DNA of 63,673 nt, filler included, from Saprolegnia diclina VS20 (taxonomy: Eukaryota), in NCBI RefSeq assembly GCF_000281045.1. It is 4 parts of one record of this genome, joined end to end, with 100 filler letters (N's around TTAATTAATTAA, not from the genome) between each part and the next. Parts side by side here need not be neighbours in the genome. Positions count along the whole stretch, not along the records: positions 1 to 21,397 come from NW_008246072.1; positions 21,498 to 34,031 come from NW_008246072.1; 2 more parts are not named here. The stretch is one strand, 5' to 3'. A model generated the notes under the pieces. That model saw only the letters and a program-made list of their open reading frames with translations. It ran no database searches and was not told where the DNA came from. How positions within the stretch are numbered: position 1 is the stretch's first letter; each line of letters begins with the position of its first letter. The position numbers and the translations under genes were made by a program. Below are positions 9,758 to 21,680 of the stretch, in pieces.

Positions 9758-12093
9758 CTAGGAAAATGGCGTAAACTCCAGGTTGCGCATCGTCTGGAGC
9801 ATTGCTTTGGCTTCGTCCCGCTCCTAAGTCATTGTATCGCGTTAAGTTCGTGGCACAGAAGGTCGACTACCGGTCCTTGGCGGTCGAGCAGTCGATTGCA
9901 CCACTCGGTGGCCGTCGTGTAAAGTCGCTTCTCTTTAAAGTACTGCGCGAGAAAGAGAACGGCGCTGGCGGCTTCGGGCGAGTCGACTACGGTGAGGCCG
10001 CGGTCGCGCCAATACCTACCAGCACGCAATGAGAATACGCGGACTTGTCATGCGTCGCACAGCTGATAAAACTCGGCGGCTTTTTCCGTGTTGTTTTCTT
10101 TTTGAAAGAGTCGGCCGAGGCGGTAGACGGCAATGCACTCGGCGTCCTTGTTGCCGATCGCTCTATCCCGCCCGTTGTGATTAGGATACTTGGATATTTA
10201 GTGGATAGAACGTTGTGTACCGTTGATAACACATTTTTGCGTGCCCAGGCTGCGGCGTCGGGAGCTTCTCGTAGCAGCCACCCAGCGCACACCACATGCG
10301 CGCATCGTACGGGCGGATCGCCGCGGCCTTCTGGTAGTAGTACACGCTGTAGTGGATCAGCTCGAGGATCTCGTACGCTTGGCCGAGGCCATACCTATCG
10401 CGATACATCCATCTCGAAACTGCAAGAACGGCTCTTACCACGCACGGTAATCCTTGGCGTTGATATCGATCGCGCGGCGATAGACTTCAATGGCGGCAGC
10501 AGTGTTGCGCAGCTCAATGTACTCGTGTCTACGCGTTGTTGGTTTTGAGAAAAAAAAGCAAAAAAAAACCCAAAAAAGCAAAAAGCAATAAAAGTAAAAA
10601 AATCGGACCCGATGAGCGTCCAGGCCGAGAGGCACTGCGGGTCCAGCGTCAGCGCGCGCGTGAAATACAGTATCGCGCGTTCGTGCTGGCCTACACGGTA
10701 GGAGATAGAGATCTACACCCGGAGGACTATATCTAATACCTTTGAGCGAGTAATAGTTGCCAATGACGCAGCAGGTCTCGGGACGGTACTTGTCGACGTG
10801 CTGGAGGTGCTGGGCCAACGAACTCAACCCCGACTTGTCTTCCTACGTACATGGAGTGCACTCGGTAATGGTAGTGTTGTGTAGGCAGTGTACCTTGACG
10901 TACAGGACGTTCGAGTATAGATCCATTTGGTCGACGCGGTAGGGGTCGGCTTTGGTCAGTGCCAAGAACGACTCGTGGGCCTGGTCGAAATCTAGTTGCC
11001 GATTCAGTTTCACTCGACTAGAAACACGACAACGAGACCTTGCAAATGGTACTGGGCAGCGGCCGTTTGGGCGAGGAGGTACTGGCACGTTGGAAATTGC
11101 TTGCGCAGTGGCAATAAAACCTACATAAGTCCATTCATAAATCCAACCGCAAGATAGAATCGACTGCCTACCTCCAAGGCCTGGGACCCATGGTTTTGTT
11201 CTAATAGCACATGCACTTGGAAGAGGTCAACCATCCATGGGCACGTTGCAGAGAGCTCGTTGACGTCCTGCCGACGTCCGAGTGAGTGCAATGAAAGAGG
11301 CGGCGTCGCACGTACAAAGGGCGACGCAGTGTCGAGCTGCACCGCTTGCGCAAGCTCGAGCCAAGCCGACCAGTTCCATGGAAACCATTGCAGCGACCGC
11401 CAAAGCAGCCGCTGGACATGGTCGCTTCTACGAGATCACGTCGATTTGCATACCGCACACGCCGTTCGTACGTAGCACCCGGTGCCAAGCCGGCGATCTG
11501 TTTGACCACAATCGCGTAGAGGTACAAGCCAAATGCGTCGAGCTGGCCGTTTTCGTCGGCTGTCGAGAGGTCCTCTTGAAGCTGTCGAAGGTACGGGTTG
11601 ACTGGCTTGGGCGGGCTCGGCGCCGTGAGCTTGGTCGTCTCGGCGACGACTTTCATCTCGGTGCTCATGGCTTCTTTGCGCCGCTCACCGGCCTAGCGCC
11701 ATCAGCATCGCATCGTCAACGTGTGATGCCAAGGCGGTAACGTACCAAGTAGCGAGCATACTGCAAGAGGAAGAATTCGACGGACGACAACGCACCGCGC
11801 TTCGCTTCGAGGATATGCGCTGCGCGGGCGTACTCGGACACGTCAAAGTACGAGCGCGCGAGCTCGAGGACGCCATCGGTGCTGCGGATGGCCTACGACT
11901 GGACGCATCAACGACAGGCGGCGAGGTCAAAGCGCACCTCGCGCGCCGGCGGCGACGCATGGACGCGCTCGTGCAGCACGCTCGGAAGACCAGCGTAGAG
12001 CTCGCAGGCAAAGGTTGCAGCATGCTTGAGGCCACGCGCCGAGAGCGCATCGCGGGCCGCGGCCAGCGCCGATGCCAGACCACCGTTGTCCAT
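9758..12093 (-). CDS. CDC23: Anaphase-promoting complex subunit 8 (Cdc23), TPR protein; many introns
   Basis: LSARGLKHAATFACEL; LDAFGLYLY; DPYRVDQMDLYSNVLYV; DKYRPETCCVIGNYYSL; HEYIELRNTAAAIEVYRRAIDINAKDYRAWYGLGQAYE; RPYDARMWCALGGCYEKL. Confidence 0.93.
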
Positions 12094-14093
12094 CCCAGCG
12101 GCAAATCTTTAATTAACCGGACATCCGGATATAGAGACACATCACGTTTTAAACGCTGTATGAAAACACTGCCTTCGCCATTACATCGCAGGTCAGGCTT
12201 GGGATGGCCAGCTCGCCGACCAGTGTGAGTCCATCTAGCCAATGACTACGTAATACGGCATCGCTCCACGCGGCGTCGAGGCTCCACCGCCATTATGCAC
12301 TGTTCGTCCAACGACGGTCGGTCATTTCGACCTCAAAGAGGGCCGACAAGTGGATGAGACCAACACCGCGCTCAACCGAATGCCGGGACACACCTAAATG
12401 CAGCTTGCCCCACGCGGCTGCCCCATGCGCCATCTTCTCTTGCTTCTCCATGCCGCGCCTCAAATCCATTCCAAGCACGAGCTTCTCTCAACGTTGCCTG
12501 CCAACGACGCGCCTCGGGCACTTGCATGGTATCGTGGGCCGCAGTCGCTAAGGGCGATTCGCTTTTGCTGGCTGCGATGCCCGTGGCCTCTTGTCGCCCT
12601 CACGCTCAACATGGCGGCATGCCGAGCAACCGAAGCGGCGTCGCGTGCATTTTTCGCGCATCGAGAGGGGCAGGCACGTTGCCGCGACGGGGTGACGCCG
12701 GTGGTGCATCGTGCGCGTTGGACGACTCGCTGCTCGCGGGCCTTTGTGATGGTATATTTCTATCGTAAGACGATATTGCCTGATGCGACCATGGCCAGCA
12801 GCAAGAGAAGTCTAGCCAGCCGTTGGCATGGCAGAATCACAAATTTCACGTTGAAATTCTGGCAAAGTGGGCCCATTTACAAAACAGTCATATTTCCTGA
12901 TCGTCCCGATAAACTTGTGGGCTAGCACAAGCAGTTGGGTACTACATTGTACACTATTTTTGGTGTGTTTGGGGCTTGAGCGACGACAGACTATGCCCTG
13001 TACATACCATTACATCGACGCATACAGCGTCTATCCAAGTGCGTTGCATCACGTCAGTGGCCACATATCATTTCGCACCAGATGATGCCAGACAAGAATA
13101 CCATCTCATGCGGTGATGTAACTTCGTGCACCAACGTATGTGTACGCGATAGAACGAGATATACTATTGAAGCCTCCTGGCGCCACTTCTGGTTGCTGGA
13201 GAGTCGACGCACTGGCCCACAAGTCTCGTAGCATGGGAATATAATCGCATCTCCACTGGATTCTGTGACCCAGCCAATGTGTCAACCACCAGCTCGCAGC
13301 TTGCAAAGGTACGCTGACCAGCGTTGCCTCAAAAACATCACACTGGATTTGAGCCGTCGTCCACTGTATCTTCCAGAGTTTCATTTTTCAACGCCCTATC
13401 AACGCAACCTCAAGCACAGCAAACTCAGTCGACATGGTCCATCCACAACCAGTGTGCAAACAAGTCGAAGGTCGCACGTTGAGTGCAGCGTAGCGGATCT
13501 GTACCGGCAAGCACCACAGTTCCCACCGAAGCATTACGCGCGCGTTCTCTTCTTCTCTGCCCCCAAAAGCTGTCTCAATGACTGTATTCGATGTCATTCG
13601 CCTCGTGCGTCACTTGCCGCGCCTCGAGTTGCACGACGCGTTTGTATACACCACGCCACTCCATAGCACTGGATCACCAAGAAAAACTGGTTGTTCTTGG
13701 ATAGCCGATCGCAAGCGCCGTATTAGTATGGATGCAACCTATCAGCCATCTAGCATCGAGCAGCTCTCCCCATTCGCATGTGTAGCGAAGGCGCGGGATC
13801 TCACCAGGTATTACAACTCCACCCCAAGCACTGGCCCTACAACGTCGTTTCGATGTCATGCCCTCTCTTAATGGGTTCATGGGTTCATGGACGCTGAAAG
13901 TCGCCGCCGGTTCGAGCCTCGTCCCAACACCCTTTTACCCTCCTGCATAGTCAGTGAGCTGGCATGACCGCGTGTCAAAGCGATTGCGCGCGTCGACCCT
14001 GTCAACGTTTCCGGATGCCCGTTTTATCCGAACAGCCAACATCCGGTTACGCGTTCGAAGCTCACAGATCCGAAAAAGCACGCATCTTGAAGC

Positions 14094-14831
14094 ATGGTGC
14101 CAACCAGCCCGATCCTGCGCGCGCTCTGGATGCCCGAGGTCCTCCGCAGCATCGTCGCCTTCCAGGACGGTACGCCCGAGGAGTTCGTGCCCTTCGTCGT
14201 CGCCTACGACAACACCTCGCTCTGCCTCCGCTACGACGACCGCCCGGCCTTTTTGCTCCTGCTCGCCACGTCCGGCGTCCGCGGCTTGCGCTGGGTCCAC
14301 CGCCACCGCGCCGACTACATGTCGATCGAAGTGCCCGAGTACGTTGCCGCCTCGGGCAACATCGACGCGCTGCGCTACGTGCACGACGAGGCGGCGATGC
14401 CATTGACCGACCTCGTGCTGGCCGCGGCCGCCGAGCAAGGCCACTTGGCCATGCTGCGCGCAATCCTCGACCTGTGCCCCGATTTGGACTGTACGAAGGC
14501 GCTCAACCTCGCGGCCGAGAATGGCCACGGCCATATCGTCGCGTACCTCGTTGAGACACTTGGCGTCGATGGCTCGGCGTACGCTTTGGAGCGCGCGGCC
14601 CGCCATGGGTACATTGCGATCGTGCGCATGCTCGTGTCGGCCAAAGGCATCCGACCGCGCGACTGCAAGACCGCCATGGAGTACGCGTGGCGCTTCCAGC
14701 ACACACATGTCATGGACCTGCTGCACGAGCGGGCGTTGGTCCCGTACCCGCCGCCGCCAAGCCGAACCGACGTCGCGCTTCCGATCGCTGCGGTCGCGGC
14801 CATGACTGTCCTCGCATGGCTCTTTGCGTAG
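14094..14831 (+). CDS. Ankyrin-repeat protein with C-terminal transmembrane anchor
   Basis: AAEQGHL, AAENGHGHIV, AARHGYIAIV repeats; PEVLRSIVAFQDG motif shared with 943-2031; tail LPIAAVAAMTVLAWLFA. Confidence 0.85.
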   Translation: MVPTSPILRALWMPEVLRSIVAFQDGTPEEFVPFVVAYDNTSLCLRYDDRPAFLLLLATSGVRGLRWVHRHRADYMSIEVPEYVAASGNIDALRYVHDEAAMPLTDLVLAAAAEQGHLAMLRAILDLCPDLDCTKALNLAAENGHGHIVAYLVETLGVDGSAYALERAARHGYIAIVRMLVSAKGIRPRDCKTAMEYAWRFQHTHVMDLLHERALVPYPPPPSRTDVALPIAAVAAMTVLAWLFA

Positions 14832-15164
14832 AGCAACGACGACTAGTATATATTTACGCCACCCCAATAATCTAAATACGACGCAACCTCACGTCGCTTC
14901 ATCTTGCAGATCTTTCATCTTGCAGGTCCCAGTAGCTGTCCCTGTTTGATCGACTCGGAATGTACAGTACTGTACCGTACGGCGAGGGTGCACGGTTGGC
15001 ATCGACACAGAGAACGCAGGCCCTCGCACCGTATCGATTGCCGTAGTATCGAGGATCCGTCTGACCAAGAAAGCAAAGATTCCCGCCTGGCTCCTCAGCA
15101 ACGACCCAACACGTGCTTGGTTTCAAATATTAGTGTCTCGATTAAAAGTTAGTTGTGGCGATGA

Positions 15165-16190
15165 CTAAAAGCCCAAGAGGTTGTCGGGACTCGAGGTCGC
15201 CGTCGTCGCTGGCGCGTTGCCAGTAGGCGCAGCATCCGCACCGCCCAGCTGCTTCTTGATGGATGGCGTCGCAGCCAGCGCGGCGTTCGAGTTGGCGTAC
15301 GTCCCCACGTTGAGCGATGCCCGCTGGGCTTCCTGCGTCTGCCGCTTGGAGCCTCGGAGACGGTCGGCGAGCGCACTGTTCTTGGGCGTCGACGAGCTTG
15401 TCGAAATGTTGCCGGACGACGTCGACGGCGCTGCATCACCAAAGATCGAGAGGTTAACGCCTGCCGAGGTCGGGGCCGGTGGTGCGCCGCTGCCGCCAAA
15501 CGGATCAAACGCCCCGGCCGGCGCTTGCGCGCTCGAGGACGTCCCACTGGACGTGCGTGAGCTCGGTTTGTCGCCGCCGCCGAAACAGCTGAACATGTCG
15601 CCACCGCCATCGGCGCCGGTGGGTGTGCTCGGCGGCGCCTTCTTCTCGAGAAGGTTCTTGATGTTGTCGTACATGACGGGCTGCGCGGCCGGCGGGCCTT
15701 GCGGAGGCATGCCCATACCATTGGGCGCCATGTTCATGCCGCCGCCCATGCCGTTCATCATGCCCGGCATCGCGTGCATGCCGCCCATGTTCATACCACC
15801 CATGGGTGACATCGGAGTCATCCCTGGCATACCGCCCATGTGCATGGCAGACGAGCCGTTGCTGCTAAAGTTACCCGTTGGCATACCGCCCATGCTCATG
15901 TTCATGTTCATGCCAGGCATGCCGCCCATCGGTGGCATCGCGGCGTGCATACCAGGCATACCGCCCATGTTGATGGACGAGCCGCCGTTGCTGCCGCAGT
16001 TGGAGGCAGGCATGCCACCCATCATCGGGTTGCCGTTGTTCATACCGCGGCCGTTGCTGCCAAAGTTGGACGTGGGCATACCGCCCATGTTGGCCTGCGG
16101 TGGCGGCGCGCCGTACGGCGGGTAGCTCGGCGTCGTCGTGGGCTTGCTGCCCTTGCCGCCAAGAGGGTCGAGGCCCGCAAACACGTCCAT
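15165..16190 (-). CDS. Met/Gly/Pro/Asn-rich low-complexity protein, possible endocytic accessory factor
   Basis: Single ORF from MDVFAGLDPL; MGGMP repeats; FDPFG motif; C-terminal DNLLGF. Confidence 0.7.
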   Translation of the reverse strand: MDVFAGLDPLGGKGSKPTTTPSYPPYGAPPPQANMGGMPTSNFGSNGRGMNNGNPMMGGMPASNCGSNGGSSINMGGMPGMHAAMPPMGGMPGMNMNMSMGGMPTGNFSSNGSSAMHMGGMPGMTPMSPMGGMNMGGMHAMPGMMNGMGGGMNMAPNGMGMPPQGPPAAQPVMYDNIKNLLEKKAPPSTPTGADGGGDMFSCFGGGDKPSSRTSSGTSSSAQAPAGAFDPFGGSGAPPAPTSAGVNLSIFGDAAPSTSSGNISTSSSTPKNSALADRLRGSKRQTQEAQRASLNVGTYANSNAALAATPSIKKQLGGADAAPTGNAPATTATSSPDNLLGF

Positions 16191-16949
16191 GGTGCTTGTT
16201 CGCTTGTTGCTGGAAATTCGGAAATGCAACTGCGGAAGCCATGCGAGTGTCTAAAAATAGCACTTTATCCGGCGACGTATCTTGCGTATCCGGATTACTG
16301 GTCGCTTCAACCTTCAACGGCGCTCGCCATCATGGCCACCGTTTCCACGGAGAGATCCCATCTTGGTCCTGTCGCTGCAGCGAATGTGGCATCTGGTCGC
16401 AGGAGATTGGCAACCTAACGCATGGCTGGAAAAGATGCGCACGGAAGAGGCTCCAATGCGTTGTCAACCTTCCACGTATAAAGAATGCAACGCAAAATGG
16501 CGCTGGGAAATAGCTTATGGAGTCCATGGCTTGCTAAATGGCGCTTTTACATTATACATGATATTGCGATGAAACGTGCGTAACCCGGCTTACACCCCAT
16601 TTACCAAGGCGCAACGGGAGTAGTGAAGGGTTGACGTGGCCATGACCGCCGTTCCAAGTTTCGAGGCTGCTTTCTCACGTTCAGTCGCTTGCTTTTGGCT
16701 ATAGTACGTAAGGTCTACGTACCGGCAGTTGCTGCGGCTCGATCGCGTTGTGCGCGTCTGGAGCTGTTGCGCTGGCAGTGCAAGCCCGAGTTCGAGTTCT
16801 ACCTGGCAGGCTGCAGGTTTTTAATCTGTTATCCGTAAATAATACCCTTTATCCGGTATTCGTAGTCGGAATTCCTACAGCTCGAAGGCATACAAAGACC
16901 AAGTGTATCTGCGGAAATCAATTTCACACCCCGGCCACCGCTCAATCCG

Positions 16950-18790
16950 ATGGACTTGCTGGCCGCGTACGCAGCGTCGAGCGACGAGGAAGAGGTCGCG
17001 CGGCCGAGCGTGAGCATCAACTCGGCGCCCGACGTTCTCCTGCCGCTGGCCACGTCCATGGCGCTGGCGCCGAACGCCAAGACGCTGGCGCTCAACCAGC
17101 CCATTGGCACGTCCATGGCGCCGGTCCTCGGGCCCAAGAACCCGTACATGCGCCACAACCCATTGCAGGTCGGCGCCGGCAAAGAAATCGTGACGGGCGT
17201 CGTCGAGGCGACGGCCATGGAGGACTTCTGCTTTGACGAAGTCTACCACGCGCAGCAGTTCCGCCAAGCGACGACCGACCCGCTCTACAAGAAGGCGCCG
17301 AAGCGCAAGGTCGACCCGAACTTTGTCAAGGACGTGGGCTCCGAGGCCGACCATGGCGTCTGGGCGCCGCAAAAGAACAAGAGCACGTTCTGGGTCCCGT
17401 CCGACGTCGAGGCCGGCACCATCTCGGACGCGCAGAAGGCGCTCATCGCCGAGAACGAAGCCAAGCGGGCGAAGCGCGTCACGGACGACGACGACGAAGT
17501 CGACTTTGACCGGATGATCGAGCGCAAGGTTGCGCATCTGCTGCCGCCGCGCCTCCAGCCCGGCCAGAAGGCGGTCGAGCCCAAGTTCGTTCAGCGACTT
17601 CTCGATACAGCGATGGCTCATGGGACACGTTTAGGACCGCGTATCTGGACCGCGAAGAGTACGACTACCAAGGCCGCTCGTGGATCGAGCACCCGCGCGA
17701 GCTCAAGGCGGACGACGGCCAGCACGACGTCTTCCTTCCGAAGAAGGCGATCCACCAGTGGGAAGGGCACACGAAGGGCGTCCAAGCAATCGAACTCTTC
17801 CCCAAGTACGGGCATTTGCTGCTCAGTGGCAGTCTCGACTCGACGGTCCGGATTTGGGACGTCTACAACGAGCGCAAGTGCAAGCGCATCTACCAAGGCC
17901 ACACGAACGCTGTGCGTGGCATCAACTTTGCGCCCGATGGCAAGACGTTCCTGACGTGCAGCTTTGATCGGTTCATTCGGCTCTGGGACACAGAGACAGG
18001 CCAGGTCCTCCAGACGTACACGAACCGCCGCGTCCCGTACTGCATCAAGGTACCATGCTCAGTCCTCCACATTGCATTTTCCTTATGTATCTTGGCGGTA
18101 GTTCCACCCGGTCGAGACCAACCAATTTGTCATTGGCGACTCGAACCACATGATTGTCCAGTTCGATACGCGCTCGGGCGGTGCGTCAGACAATGCCATT
18201 TGAAATCGGGAGGTGACCATGGCGAGTAGAGGTCGTCCAAGAGTACAATCACCACTTGCAGACGGTCAACGCCGTGACGTTCGTCGACGACAACCGGCGG
18301 TACCGACTACGGACAGCCTCTTGATGCTGACGATGGTATTAGGTTTGTGTCGACGTCGGACGACAAGAAGATTCTCATTTGGGAGTGGGGCATTCCGGTC
18401 CCGATCAAGTACATCTCGGAGCCCGGCATGCATTCGATGCCGGCCACGTCCTTGCATCCGAGTGGCAACTACTTTGCCGGCCAGTGCTTGAGCAACCAGA
18501 TTGACGTGTACACGGCGCGCGACAAGTTTAAGCTCCAGCGCCGCAAGGTGTTTCGCGGCCACGCTTGTGCCGGGTATGCGTGCCAAGTCGGCTTCAGCCC
18601 CAACGGCCAGTACGTGGTCAGCGGCGACGGTGAAGGCCAGCTCGTCTTTTGGGACTGGAAGACCACGCGCATGTTCAAGAAGGTCCAAGCGCACTCGAAA
18701 GGCCCGACGATGGGCGTGGCGTGGCACCCGCTCGAAGCGTCCAAGGTCGTCACGTGCGGCTGGGACGGCCTCATCAAGTACTGGGACTAG
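16950..18790 (+). CDS. CDC40: Pre-mRNA-processing factor 17 (WD40); multi-exon
   Basis: [93 protein letters not shown]. Confidence 0.95.
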
Positions 18791-19205
18791 ACGGACCCTA
18801 TGTGCTGGACGCCAGCGAGCTCGATCGATGCCAGTGAATATAACGACGATGAAAATGAAAACGATGAAAAGGACACGATTCGAGTCGTGGGCCGCCGAGT
18901 ATGGGCTGCAACGACGCCATGATTACCGTCGACACCCGCGCATCACGATGGGACAACGACCTGCTGGACCGCCCCCAACTCATCTTACTAGACCTATCCA
19001 ATCACCTATGCATTGGTGCCGTTTTGTATCAATGTGTCAAGTTGACAGCGTCGCGTGTCATGATGATTATAGACTCTCGAACCCGAATTGGTGTTTTTGT
19101 GCGTGCAAGGGACATGTTTGTCTTGGAGAAATCAAAGAATACAAAAATGATGGAGCTCACGTACAAGGTTGCTGGATAAATTACACACAAGCAGCAAGCA
19201 AGGAG

Positions 19206-20319
19206 CTAGATCTCTTCGACGCTCGGCGTCGACGACGTCGTCGTCATCGAGTCGACGGCCCCGAAAAAGTCCCAAAAGTCTTCGTCGAGCAGCTTGAGCG
19301 AGTCGCAGTCGTAGACCACACCGCCTACACACATTTCGTCTCTTAGCCCCATCCGGACCCATCGGATATTGGCTACCGTGCTGGCAGTAGACCGAGTTGT
19401 CGACGACGTAGTCGACGTGGTCGTTGTGTCGCACGGCCAAGTGGCCACAGCCAGGTCCGTGGCTTGGCTCTTGCCTACACGCAAAAGCAAATAAGCAAAG
19501 AAGCGTATGCACCCTCATCTCGTATGGGCGTACCCATGGGGCAGTGGCTCGTGCGGTCCGCGCGGCACGATCGCAAGCGACTTGACGCCGTCCATGCACA
19601 CGAGCTGGTTGTTGACGATAAAGTCAAAGTGATTGCCGTGTTCGATGCTGAGGTGGCCGCAGCCGCGCGCGTGGGCGGCGTGGTCATGCGTCGGTGCGCA
19701 CGCGTCCGCTTGCTTGGGCTGCAGCTGGCGCTTGGCCGCCTTGGCCGCGGTCTCGTGCACAAACTCGTGCTTGCGCAGATCGACCTTGCGCGCAAACCGG
19801 CGCGAGCAGCCCGGAAACGCGCATGCAAAGCGCTTCTCGCCACTACACACGGCATGAGCGACATGCTGCCGACGCCATATTTGTACGCTACCTGTGCGTG
19901 CGTTCGTGGGAGCGCAGGTCCGAGATGCGGGCAAACTGCTTGTCGCACAAGGCGCACGGGTACGGCTTCTCGCCCGTGTGCACGCGCATGTGGACCTGCA
20001 TGTCGGCCTTGCGCGCAAACGTCTTGGGGCACAGCGCGCACTGGAACGGCTTGAGCCCGACGTGCTTGGTCATCTGGTGGCGCTTCAAGTTGCCCTTGAA
20101 GCGGAAGGTCTGGCTGCACACGTCGCAGACGTACTCTTCGTCCTTGGACGCCGTCGTCGGGCATTCGAGGAGGCTCGCATCACGCATCAACGTCGACAAC
20201 ATGATGGAGCTGATGGGGAATGGCAGCCTGCGGCCGTCGGAGTCGGCGATGCCGGCGCCAGGCCATTGGCTAAAAAGGCCGCCGTCGGAAAAGCTGACTT
20301 GAGACGCGCGATGTGCCAT
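19206..20319 (-). CDS. C2H2 zinc-finger protein (4 fingers) with two C-terminal HxxGCGHxxxxHxxHxD repeats; multi-exon; alternative start at 20202
   Basis: Fingers with an HTGEKPY linker; HARGCGHLSIEHGNHFDFIV and HGPGCGHLAVRHNDHVDYVV; acidic tail DEDFWDFF. Confidence 0.85.
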
Positions 20320-21189
20320 TAGGCAGCCTTTTTTCGCTCAAAATCGGTGGCCAGGTGGCCTTTCCATACAAAGTGCAAGTGATTTAAAAACAAAGTTGAT
20401 TTTTATTATTCAAAGGCCGCCGGCGGGGCGACCTATCTAGATTGATACTATATCAATTGTGAGAGGTTCTGGGACGCGCCGATGATTGGGTGAACGCGCA
20501 GCACCTGCGACACCAAGCTACTTGACATCTCGTAGTGCCACGCAAATCGCTTCAACCTCGACGCTGCTATCAGCTCTTTGCGGGGCTTTCTGATATACTA
20601 GTACATACCAGTATATATGGATGGTGGTTGGCGGGCAACTGCAACCGACGAGGCGTGCCGACGAAAAGGCGGGTGGGTCGAGTTGCAAGGTCTATGAACC
20701 GGCACCGAAATGCGGCGCATGGCCATCCGCGCGTGTTGCGTGCTCCTGCACACCGCCCAGATCGATGGTGGATAGAGCCAGAGCGTACGTGATTTACTGT
20801 GGGTCTCTACGCTGCCGTGGCACCACGCGTCGTGTCAGCTGCTGCGGGTTTGATTGTGCGACCCTGGTTTGCGCTGTGCAAGGAGCTTTTCGAGGGCGAG
20901 CGGATATTGCCCAGGAAGCTGCTATCGGTGCCCGGAAGGTCGTTGGCGTGTGTAGCATTCTACTGTCCGAGTCATATCTCTCAAGTCGCTTGATGGAGCG
21001 GAGGGCATGTCTGTCGTAGTGGTGGGCTACAGGAGTGGTGGACGACTACGCTCCTTCCACAGTTGAAGAGCGTGTTGTCCAGCGTCCTGAACCTCCAAGA
21101 CGGATTTTCTTTAATCGAACAACAGATAATTCTTCTCTTTTTCGACATCGACACAACCAACTTTTGATGCATTTTCAGATTCCTCTGGT

Positions 21190-21397
21190 ATGAAGCACAT
21201 TGCGGACCGCAAGTATACGACCGACTCGGACCTCGAGCGTGCGAATCTAACCGGCGGCACAATCGAGCAGGCCAAACCGATCTACATTGAAGACAAGTGG
21301 AGTCTCTCGGGGCTTTGGAACGACCGCGTCGCCCGGAAACGCGCCGTCTTGCTCGTCACGGGCCTCGCGCTGCTCTTTGTGGGCATGGCCCTCGGGT
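21190..21397 (+). CDS. N-terminus of a predicted type II membrane protein, cut by the assembly gap
   Basis: MKHIADRKY...RKRAVLLVTGLALLFVGMALG runs into Ns. Confidence 0.45.
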
Positions 21398-21497
21398 NNN
21401 NNNNNNNNNNNNNNNNNNNNNNNNNNNNNNNNNNNNNNNNNTTAATTAATTAANNNNNNNNNNNNNNNNNNNNNNNNNNNNNNNNNNNNNNNNNNNN
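21398..21497. other. Assembly gap with artificial TTAATTAATTAA linker
   Basis: 44N-TTAATTAATTAA-44N. Confidence 0.95.
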
Positions 21498-21680
21498 AGC
21501 TCCAGCCGCAGAATGCACGCCGCGTAGCTCCACACGGCGTCTCGCTGCGACGCGCGGAGACCGTCGGCGACCGTCTCGTTCATGGTCGCCAAGAGCACGT
21601 TGAGCAGCAGGAGCATCACGACACCGGCGTGGAGCATGAGCAGCACAAACGAGTAGTGGTACGGTAGTGGTGGCACCTCG
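21498..21680 (-). pseudogene. TRP-type cation channel fragment (S6 helix plus TRP box)
   Basis: VVMLLLLNVLLATMNETV...W.YAACILRLE; no preceding S5 or pore helices are evident upstream. Confidence 0.6.

Noticed and set aside
10545..10605. A-rich tract inside CDC23
   Set aside because: It is the T-rich body of a minus-strand intron, possibly with low-quality homopolymers, not a retro-insertion
12250..13900. Short ORFs between CDC23 and the second ankyrin gene
   Set aside because: No recognisable motif and weak codon bias; possibly decayed coding DNA, but I cannot support a call
13870..13935. GGTTCGAGCC B-box-like motif suggesting a tRNA or SINE
   Set aside because: I could not build a cloverleaf, acceptor stem or A-box
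21442..21453. TTAATTAATTAA palindrome recurring three times
   Set aside because: It is always centred in a 100-bp N gap, so it is an artificial all-frame-stop scaffold linker
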